The notes beneath the pieces were generated by a model. It made no database searches and was not told the origin of the DNA. It saw only the letters and a program-made list of their open reading frames with translations. From Dictyostelium discoideum (lineage: Eukaryota): a DNA stretch of 64,000 nucleotides. Each line of letters opens with the position of its first letter. Position 1 is the first letter of the stretch. The stretch spans positions 6,496,001 through 6,560,000 of the forward strand of contig CM000151.3 of assembly GCA_000004695.1 (NCBI GenBank), given 5' to 3'. Positions 54,783-64,000 of the stretch are shown here, one piece after another. A program made the translations under genes and the position numbers.

Positions 54783-55086
54783 ACAAAAAGATAAAGAAAT
54801 AAAATAAAATAAAATAAAATAAATTTATATATCAACGTCACAACATCACCAATAATAATAATAATAATAACCTCATCTACAAAAACAAATAAACAAACAA
54901 ACAAACCAACAAACAACAAACCAATATAACCCTACAATAGTAATGTCAACAATAATATGGTAACACAAATAAACTCACTTTTATAAATAAAATCAGTAAC
55001 AATAAATTGAAGTGTGAAATGTAAAATTTTAAAAAATTGACTAGTTGTCAGTTTATTTCATATATTATGGATACATTATTTACCCC

Positions 55087-55116
55087 CAGTTATATATTAT
55101 ATATATATTTATAAAT

Positions 55117-55148
<32 letters not shown>

Positions 55149-55275
55149 ATATATTATATATATATGATATATATTTATAAAATATATATATTTAATGTAT
55201 ATTTATAAATATATTATATGTATAATAAATGTGTGTGTGTGTGTGTGTGTGTGTGTTGGTGTGTTGTTGTATTAT
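55087..55275. repeat. Compound (TA)n / (GT)n microsatellite
   Basis: Imperfect (TA)n at 55087-55200, followed by (GT)13 and GTT repeats at 55231-55275. Confidence 0.9.
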
Positions 55276-55524
55276 TTTATTTTGAATTGCAATCTAATAC
55301 TAAAAATATCAAAGTTTTTTTTTTTTGTTTTATTATTAGAAAATCCAATTTAACTTTTTTACTATTACATTAATGGGGTAAATTGAGGTTTATATAGTTC
55401 GATTTGTAAAAAAAAAAAAAATTCAAGTATTGTTGGTCTCATACTTTTTATATTAAAAAGTCGATTATTGGAATCAAACCCAATGACATTTTTACCACTT
55501 CAATTTTGTAAACTAAATTAGGTT

Positions 55525-55563
<39 letters not shown>

Positions 55564-55890
55564 AAATTTTTTTTTTTTTTGGTAAAGCAAAATTTTATTT
55601 TTAAATTTCTATTTTTAGAACATAAAAAAAAAAAAAAATTGCTATATTTAACTTTTTTTGGTATATTTTTTAATAAAAAAATAAATAAATAAATATTAAA
55701 AAAGGTAATTATTTTTAGGTTTAAAAAAGTTTATTGTCAAGTCAAACATTACCAAACAAAGTAAAAAGAAAGACATATTTATAAATTTTGAAATATGGAT
55801 TTTAATGGTATTTTTAATTAATAATTAATTAATTTAATTAATAAAATATTTTTAAAAAAGGTCCTCACACAACACTAAAATTAAATTTTT

Positions 55891-55925
<35 letters not shown>

Positions 55926-56179
55926 GTGTAAAAATTTAATTTTGTTTTTTTTTTGCCTTTTGGAAAATTAAAGTATAAACTAGTAAAATAAATAAATAAT
56001 TATTTTTTACTATCAACAATAATTATTATCAAAAAAAAAAAAAAAAAAATAAAAAAAAAAAAAAAAAAAAAAAAAAATTACAATAAAAAAAGAATAAAAG
56101 CAATGATAAATTTGGGTGATGTTTCCAAATTACCACACTCCTTTTATTAGAATACCATTTTTATTTTTTTTCTTTTTTT

Positions 56180-56221
<42 letters not shown>

Positions 56222-56751
56222 CTAATTTGTATATTGATTTTAATAATTGAAATATAATTAAACTTTTTTGATTTTGCTGTTGTTAATTTAGTCAATAAAA
56301 TTTAAATTATTATAGGTTAATAATAATTTTATTATCATTAAAATTACTGTTGTTTTAATTATTGGTAAATATTAATGATGATAGGAGAAGTGTATTTTAA
56401 TTAATTTTTTATTTGTATTATGGTTGGATAATTAATAATACTTTATCATTATCTTCATCTTCTTTATCGCCACCATCTTTTTCATCATTACATCATCATC
56501 ATCATCATCATCTTCATCTTCATCTTCATCATAATCATGATCTTTACTCAAAATTAATTAAAAAAAGAAACAAAAAAAAAAAAAAATAAATAAAAAAAAA
56601 TATAAATATAAAAAATTCAATTATAAAAATAAATAAAAATATTATCATTATTATTCTTTGGTTTATTTTATTTTTTTTTTTATTTTTTTTTTTAAATCCA
56701 GAAATATAAAAAAAAGGTAATCAATAATTATAATAATAATAATAATATGAT

Positions 56752-56782
<31 letters not shown>

Positions 56783-56939
56783 TGGTAATAAATCGGATAT
56801 ATTGATTATAAATCTATTCATTGAATCATAAATTCAACTTCAAAAAATAATCTATTTAGTGTTAAATTTGTAAAAAAAAAAAAAAAAGAATGTAATTTTT
56901 TTTTTTGTAAAATTATACACAACGCAGCAGATCACTCAC

Positions 56940-56974
<35 letters not shown>

Positions 56975-57114
56975 AAAAACTCATTCAAATAACTGTTTTT
57001 TTATTATTATATTTTCCCAAAAAATTAAACATCACAAATCTCAAAAAATTATAAATAAAAAAAAAATACACATTTTTCACTGCCACGAATCTACTACTTT
57101 TCATTCATTGAATT

Positions 57115-57192
<78 letters not shown>

Positions 57193-57445
57193 TGCGTGGG
57201 AATATAATTGTAAAAAAAAATAATTATTTTTTTTATACATAAATAGTTTAAATCTACTAGTTTGAATAGCGTTACCACCACCACTACCACCACTACTACT
57301 ACTACAGTTTCTATTTTTAAATTGTATATCATTTGGTACAATATAATAACCAATGAATTTATTACTATTATTTTTTTTAATTTTTTTTTTTTTTAATTTT
57401 TTTTTTTTTTTTATTAAAATAATTTATTCGTTCCAAGATACATAT

Positions 57446-57510
57446 GGGGGGGTGTGGGTTTGTGTGTTTTAGTGGGTAAAAGTGCTATATCTGTGTTTGT
57501 GTGTTTTAAC
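57446..57510 (+). promoter_or_regulatory. G/T-rich G-box-like island (GGGGGGGTGTGGGTTTGTGTG...GTGTTTGTGTG) in a gene-free interval
   Basis: A strong compositional outlier resembling GBF-binding G-box sequences. No flanking ORF lies within 2.5 kb. Confidence 0.35.
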
Positions 57511-58003
57511 TCATTGAAATAAATAGAGAGTATAGGTGTTTGTTATTTATTTTACTTTATGAACTTAAATAAAAAGATCAAAATTATTATTATTATTTTT
57601 ATTAATGGATTCAATAAAAATACCACATAAATATATTATATTAAAAAAAAAAAAAGAGAAAATTAAAAAAAAAAAAAAAAAATGCAATGATAGTGCTAGT
57701 AGACCCTATACATTATTAAAAAATTAATTAATTACATTCACACTCACAAAAAAAGGAAGAAATTTAAATTTAATTATTTTAATTATTTAATTTTTTTTTT
57801 TTTTTTTAAATATTTATAATATATACACACATATTTTTTCTTTTTTTTTTTTTTTTTTTTTCTTTCTCTTCCAAAAAAAAAAAAAAAAAAAAAAAATCAT
57901 TTAAATCATGTTGAGTATTTATACAATAACAAAGCCCAACTATAATAAATTTAAAATAAACAGAATAATCATAATCACATAAACATAAAAAAAAAAAAAA
58001 CAA

Positions 58004-58040
<37 letters not shown>

Positions 58041-58928
58041 TAAAATAACAATAATTAAAAAAAATTAATTTTTACTTAAATTAATAAACCATTATATAAT
58101 CAAATTCGTAAAAAATAAATTTGTTTTTATATTTCTTTATTTTTTTATTTACAATTAAACACTTTTTTTTTTTTTTTTTTTCAATATTTTTTAAACTTTT
58201 TTTTCTTTTTTTTTTTTTATTTTCTTAAAAAAAACATATTGATTTATTATTTAAATATTAATAGTATTTATATATATATTATTTTTATTAATTATTATAA
58301 TATAAAGAATCCCAACCAATTTTTTTTTTTTTTTTTTTTTGTAAGTATGAGCATTTTAATAATCAAATCCATTATTATAATCAATTCAATTCATTGTTAA
58401 ATTTTATTATATAAATTAAGAAATACTTTTTTTTTTTTTTAAGATAATGGTTTTATTATTTAAAAAATTTATCTGTTTTTATTTATATATTTTTTTTTTT
58501 TGAAAATACTATTATTGGATTTTTTTTTTTTTTTTATTTATTTATTTAAAATAAATTAAATTATTTTATTATTTTTTTTAAACAATAATTAATAACAATA
58601 TATAAATTTGTTTGTTGGTATTTTTTAATATTTTTTTTTTTTATTAATCTACACTTTTTAGTTCAAACCAAATCATTAAAATTTTCCATTGTTATTTTGG
58701 TTTTTTTTTTTTTTAAAATTATATTGTGATTGTCGGGTAAATTTCTAAACTTTGAAATCATTTTTTACATAATTTTTTTTTTATTTTTTGGTATTTTAAA
58801 GTTATAATTAGATTTTTTAGATAGTTGGATTAATCCAACTATATAAAAATATAAAAAATTATATTTATATATTTATTTATTCATTCATTTAATTTTAAAT
58901 ATATAAATAGACGCATTAATATTTGTTC

Positions 58929-59032
58929 AACCACACACACACACAAAAAAAAAAAAAAAAGAAAAAAAAAAAATAATAATATTCACACACACACAACACA
59001 CGATATGCATTACACGCCCCACCATTTTTTTC
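58929..59032 (+). promoter_or_regulatory. CA-rich boxes (CCACACACACACACAA ... CACACACACACAACACACG ... CACGCCCCACCA), the inverse of the 57446 G-box, about 1.3 kb upstream of the 60293 gene
   Basis: Seen directly in the sequence. This is CAE-like sequence in Dictyostelium promoter terms. Confidence 0.35.
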
Positions 59033-59095
59033 ACATCCTCTGTAATTGAGTATACATAAAATAATAATGAATAAAAAATAAAAAATTAAAAAATA

Positions 59096-59131
<36 letters not shown>

Positions 59132-59352
59132 TATAAAAATAAATTTATTTAATCTATATACCGCCTTTATATATATTGGAAATTAAAGAATATCATATCC
59201 TTTTAATTATATTAAATTTTTTTTTTTTTGTTGTTGTTGTTTGTTGTTGTTGTAGTTGTTGTTGTTGTTACATATTCAAAAAATTAATAATAATTTAAAA
59301 AATAAATATAAATAATATAATTTATTTATTTTTTTTTTAAAAGTTAATAAAT

Positions 59353-59383
<31 letters not shown>

Positions 59384-59829
59384 AATAAAAATTTAATAAT
59401 TAAAAAAAAAAAAAGAATAAAAAGTATTATTCGAACATGATAAAAAAACATCTTTAAATTGATTATATGGTAACTATTTAATCAATCCACTCAATCTTTA
59501 TCATCATTTTATTATCTGCTTCTAAATAAAGGATTTTACTCAAAATTTTTACTATAAAAATAAATTATAATTTAATTTATTTATACCAAACACTCTTGTT
59601 TTTTTAATTTATTTTAATTTTTTTTTTCTTTTTTTATTTATTTTTATAAAAAAAAAAAAAAAGAAAAAATTATAATTTAAATAATTAATGTCACTACTGT
59701 ACAATACAATTTCCAAAACTCAAACAACAAAAAAAACAACCACCACCACAACCACAACAAGAATTGTTATAACAACAATTTTTTTTTTTTTTTTTTTTTT
59801 TTTAAACATATTTATTTATTAATTAATAT

Positions 59830-59863
<34 letters not shown>

Positions 59864-60024
59864 TGGGGAATAAATATGAAAGTGAATATTTGGGTTTTGT
59901 GTTTAAATGCGCTTATTTTTTATCCAAATATAGTTTTTTAAAAATAACAAAAACAACCTATCCTTTAACTAAAAAAAGAAACAATTATTTTTATTATTTA
60001 TAATATTAATAAAATAACTAATTC

Positions 60025-60076
<52 letters not shown>

Positions 60077-60292
60077 AAATTATTAATATTAATTTTTAAA
60101 TTCAATAAAATTTTTAAACCCAAAAATAGATATAAAATTGTTAAATCAAATAAAAATAATTCTCAATAACAATAACATTGTTTTTTTTAAATATTTTAAT
60201 TATTTTTTTTTTTTTTATAAATAAAAAAAATAAAATAAAACAATAAAAACAATTTATTTTCTTAAAAATAAAATAAAATAAAAAATAAAAAA

Positions 60293-61348
60293 ATGATTTA
60301 TAATAATAAAATAATAATAATAATAATAATAATAAATATAATTTTATTAAATAATGTAAATGGTCAAATAGTAAATGCACAATCACAATATAAAAATATT
60401 TATCCATTTCCAAATTTATTGGGGCCAACTGATCCAGGGTTTAGTCATTTTCCATTATTTGAAGATTTAATTTTACATATTCGTTGTTATTATAATAGGG
60501 ATGGTGAAATTGGTGATATAATGCTATTTGATTCTGGGCTACCAATGTTTTCAACATCATTTGGAAACGTCATACAAATGTTAATTGCCAATAATACAAT
60601 GAGCAAGTTGGGTTTATCAACAGCCTGTTTCTTTGATAGATACGGATACGGTTGGTCAGAGATTAGTCCAAAGCCTGTGTTGGCACAGGATTTCGCAAGA
60701 AAGTTAAGAGGTTCCATCCAAATGATACCAGAGTTGGCCAATAGAAAATTCTTTTATTGCGGTTGGAGTTATGGAGGATTGAATGCTCAAACCTATGCAA
60801 TGTTATATCCAAACGATGTTAAAGGTATTCTAACAATCGATGGTACCGATATTGGTGTTATAAATGATCAAAAATGGTTAATGATTCCACGTTTTCTTGA
60901 TATGATCAACTATTTCAAAAGATTACCAAATGAAGAGTTTAAACAATTTTGTAGAAATGGTTCTCTAAGTATTGACTATGGTTGGATTTCCAATGCTATA
61001 AGTTTACCACAAAGTTGTATAGATAAATCACAAGCAGTATACTATAACCCAAATCAAAATTATCTAAATACAATATATCAAGAATTGTCGAATATGATTC
61101 CAAATGCAAATGCTTTGAATAAATTGTACAAAAAAGCCCCAAATCCTTCAAAGCCATTAGGAAACTTACCAATGGTAGTTATGTCCTCTGATCCAGATGA
61201 TGAACCATCTTGGTTTGAAAGACAAATTAAATTATCTGAATTATCTTCAAACTCTATTCAATTAAATTGTCAAAATCATTTCGTACCATTTTATCAACCA
61301 AAATTAGTTATAAATGCAATTGAAGTTTTAAGTGCTAAATCAAAATAA
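60293..61348 (+). CDS. Secreted alpha/beta-hydrolase-fold protein (GWSYGG nucleophile elbow; esterase/lipase-like); single exon, 351 aa
   Basis: The ATG is at 60293. The signal peptide is [24 protein letters not shown]. The GxSxG motif is in YCGWSYGGLNAQ. No introns are needed. Confidence 0.75.
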   Translation: MIYNNKIIIIIIIINIILLNNVNGQIVNAQSQYKNIYPFPNLLGPTDPGFSHFPLFEDLILHIRCYYNRDGEIGDIMLFDSGLPMFSTSFGNVIQMLIANNTMSKLGLSTACFFDRYGYGWSEISPKPVLAQDFARKLRGSIQMIPELANRKFFYCGWSYGGLNAQTYAMLYPNDVKGILTIDGTDIGVINDQKWLMIPRFLDMINYFKRLPNEEFKQFCRNGSLSIDYGWISNAISLPQSCIDKSQAVYYNPNQNYLNTIYQELSNMIPNANALNKLYKKAPNPSKPLGNLPMVVMSSDPDDEPSWFERQIKLSELSSNSIQLNCQNHFVPFYQPKLVINAIEVLSAKSK

Positions 61349-61532
61349 ATTTAATTTTTTCCCAACTTTTTTAAAATTATTATAATAATAAAATAATAAC
61401 TATAAAAATAATAATAATAATAATTATAATAATAATAAAAAAAATAATAATAATAATAACAATAATAATAATAATAATAATAATAATTAACTTTTTTTTT
61501 TTTTTATTTCGAATTTTAAAAAAAAAAAAAAG

Positions 61533-61587
<55 letters not shown>

Positions 61588-62112
61588 AAAATATTGTTTA
61601 TCTATTCAATTGTTTAAAACTACTTTCTATTATTTATTAATATAAAATAATATTTCAAAATAAAAAATAAAAAAATAATAATGAAAATTTTTAATAAAAT
61701 ATAAAAAAAAAAAAAAATTATAAAATCTAAATAATTTCCATTTTTAAATATTTTATTAAAAAAAGTATCAAACATTGCTCATTTGAGATCGAATTAATAA
61801 TTGATCTCTTTCCAAATCTATTTAAACTTTTGCTCTGAGCCAAATTCTAATTGTTATTCAGACCAAATTATTTTCTTTTAAACTGTGATCTGATGAATTT
61901 TCTTAAAAATAATTTAAAAAAAGATTTTTCTTTTTTTTTTTTTTACATATCATTTAATTCGATCTTAAATGAGAAATATTTAATACTTTTTTTAATAAAT
62001 ATTTTGTCTTTGATTTTTTAATTTTTTTTAAAAAACCTATATTTAATTTCAAATTTTTTTTTTTTTCCCACACTTTTTTCATTTTTCGCCTATCTAAATT
62101 AATTATTTAAAA

Positions 62113-62661
62113 ATGAAAACAGCAAAAACAGACCATTATTTATTCAAAATTCTTTTAGTTGGTGATGGTAATGTTGGAAAGAGTTCAATGATTGAAAGAT
62201 TTATTGATGATACATGGAATGATACATATATAGTAACTAGAGATCAAACTTTTAAAGAGAAATATATTTATTTAAATGAAAATACAATTAAACTTCAAAT
62301 TTGGGATATGGAAAGGTTAAAAATGGTATACCGTAGTGCACATGGTATTATAATTGTTTTCGATTTCACTAATCAAGATTCATTTAATAACATTAGAAGA
62401 TGGTTATCTGAAATTGAAAGATATGCACATGAAGAGGTAAATTTATTATTGGTTGGAAATAAAATTGATTTATATGATCAAAGAGTAATATCAACTGACC
62501 AAGTCAACTTATTAATAGAACAGTTAAATGGCATTTTTAATTTTAATTTGAATTTTATTGAAGTCAGTGCAAAAAAAAATATAAACCTTGAACAATCTTT
62601 CATCACAATTACAAATGATATGTTAAATCGTTATTTGGAGGGTTCTAAAAATACAACCCAA

Positions 62662-62714
<53 letters not shown>

Positions 62715-62769
62715 TAATAATAGTAATAATAAACCAAGAAAGAAATCATCATTTTGTATAAATCAATGA
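62113..62769 (+). CDS. Divergent Rab/Ras-like small GTPase with a C-terminal CAAX box (CINQ) and WDMERL in place of the canonical WDTAGQE G3 motif
   Basis: G1 is LLVGDGNVGKSS. G3 is IWDMERL, with no catalytic Gln. G4 is GNKIDL and G5 is SAK. There is a poly-N linker, and the protein ends SSFCINQ*. Confidence 0.8.
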
Positions 62770-63014
62770 GTCCAAATATGTTAATTTTTTTTTTTTAGAG
62801 AAAATTATAAATATCCAAACATGTACATAAAATTATTGTAATATAAAAAAAAAAAACAATTTAATAAAAATATAAAACCTTTTTTGTTAATTTAATTTAT
62901 GTTTAATATAATTTAATTATTTAATATTTTATTTTTACTAATTAATATAATTAAAAATGTTAAAATTTGAAATAATTATTATATTATTTTCTTTTTCTTA
63001 ATTCTTTTTCCTTT

Positions 63015-63047
<33 letters not shown>

Positions 63048-63101
63048 TTCTACTTATATGTGATAATTATTATTATTATTATTATATTTTTCTTTTTTTT
63101 T

Positions 63102-64000
63102 TTAAAGATTTGAAATTAATTTTTCAGATTCTTCATCTTCTCTATCTTTAAAAGATACTTCAGTTTCATCATCAGATTCACTTTCACTTGAATCTTGATT
63201 ATTAATCATATTTGATTTTGCCAATTCTTCACTATTGTCAACGATTACACGTGGAGGACGTAAGAAAAGGTTAATACCACAAAATACCATAAATGCTTCT
63301 GCGACTAATAGTGGAATTAAAAGGAAGAGACTATTGATATTATGTTGTTGATCAGTGGCAAGAATTAAGAGTACTTTGAAAACTATTGAACAAATTGTGA
63401 TGAAAATGATTGAAAGCAGTTGACCGATTGAGAAAGTTGCAGTATCTTTTGAACCCAATGAAAAAATCAATAAAAAGAAAGAGAAGCAAGAAGCGATAAT
63501 ATCACCAATGAAAAGGGACACAAAACAAACGGCCAACTTTGCATCGTAAAGACCATCCAATTTAAGTGCTATCATAATTGCTGCAGGCGTTAGTATTGCG
63601 CCAGTAAACAATAGTGGTAGCCCGTTGACGATGTATTTGGTTTTACGTTGTGGTGTCGATTTACCATCGACAAATATAATACCAAACAGTAGTGAGAAGA
63701 TACCCATTACAAATACTGAGCCAAATGTAAAGAGTAACGGTATCATCATAACACTGAATCCAAAGGTATTGTATTTGAAATGTATAATTGTGAATACCAC
63801 AAACACTGTCAACCCAAAAACACTAAGACGCCAAACCAATCTGATAATCCACGATACTAAATTCGAGAGTACCCTTGATCCTGTCGCCAAATAACTTGCT
63901 GCCAATATAACATAAACCGGTATAAATAATATCCAATAACTCCAATCAATATATCCATCAATATATAGGCCAATGAATATCGTAAATACAATTGATGATA
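63102..64000 (-). CDS. TMEM185-family multi-pass membrane protein, 5'-truncated by the window end
   Basis: The track ORF begins at TTG 63905, but the reading frame stays open on the minus strand to the window edge (…IVFTIFIGLYIDGYIDWSYWILFIPVYVILAASYLATG…). This aligns with human TMEM185A [21 protein letters not shown]. The second repeat is LKLDGLYDAKLAVCFVSLF. The stop is at 63102. Confidence 0.7.
   Translation of the reverse strand, partial: SSIVFTIFIGLYIDGYIDWSYWILFIPVYVILAASYLATGSRVLSNLVSWIIRLVWRLSVFGLTVFVVFTIIHFKYNTFGFSVMMIPLLFTFGSVFVMGIFSLLFGIIFVDGKSTPQRKTKYIVNGLPLLFTGAILTPAAIMIALKLDGLYDAKLAVCFVSLFIGDIIASCFSFFLLIFSLGSKDTATFSIGQLLSIIFITICSIVFKVLLILATDQQHNINSLFLLIPLLVAEAFMVFCGINLFLRPPRVIVDNSEELAKSNMINNQDSSESESDDETEVSFKDREDEESEKLISNL

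Noticed and set aside
56440-56530. (CAT/ATG)n tract giving a short acidic ORF (DHDYDEDEDEDDDDDDDVMMKK...) on the minus strand
   Set aside because: It is under 40 codons, has no ATG in a good context, no splice partners, and sits inside the ORF-free 5.5-kb interval. It is treated as a trinucleotide microsatellite.

Overview
This window is almost certainly Dictyostelium discoideum (or a close dictyostelid) nuclear DNA. Overall A+T is roughly 75-80%, with long poly(A)/poly(T) tracts, (AAT)n and (CAA)n microsatellites that are translated as poly-N and poly-Q, and short AT-rich introns of about 80-190 nt with GTAAGT/GTATGT donors and (T)nAG acceptors. It is therefore a eukaryotic, gene-dense segment, so prokaryotic feature types (CRISPR, operons) do not apply and I found no transposon. 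I rebuilt about 22 protein-coding genes by hand, placing splice junctions by phase and by alignment to conserved families; exon edges are within about 1 nt. The supplied ORF track accepts GTG/TTG as start codons (for example 468, 10531, 27035, 63905), so each start was re-derived from the first in-frame ATG or an upstream exon. Recognisable genes are: an ATAD1/Msp1-type AAA ATPase, the GPI ethanolamine-phosphate transferase PIG-G/GPI7, a 6-phosphofructo-2-kinase/fructose-2,6-bisphosphatase with an extra N-terminal ubiquitin-like exon, a Nop9-like Pumilio protein, a GCN2-type eIF2alpha kinase, a trypsin-fold protease-like protein with Cys in the nucleophile position, TMEM184, a hybrid histidine kinase, a 7-TM PQ-loop protein, a mitochondrial carrier, a tandem nucleotidyltransferase protein, a quinone oxidoreductase, a large single-pass glycoprotein, the two-thioredoxin-domain PDI, cytochrome b5, a secreted alpha/beta-hydrolase, a divergent Rab-like GTPase and a 5'-truncated TMEM185 homologue. 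The most unusual items are the tandem RlaP-like nucleotidyltransferase protein with a CA-rich (GBF-type) element upstream, an RNxxxH (HEPN-like) motif in a coiled-coil protein, the Cys-nucleophile PA-clan protease, and a 5.5-kb ORF-free interval carrying G-box and CA-box islands in an otherwise gene-dense stretch.
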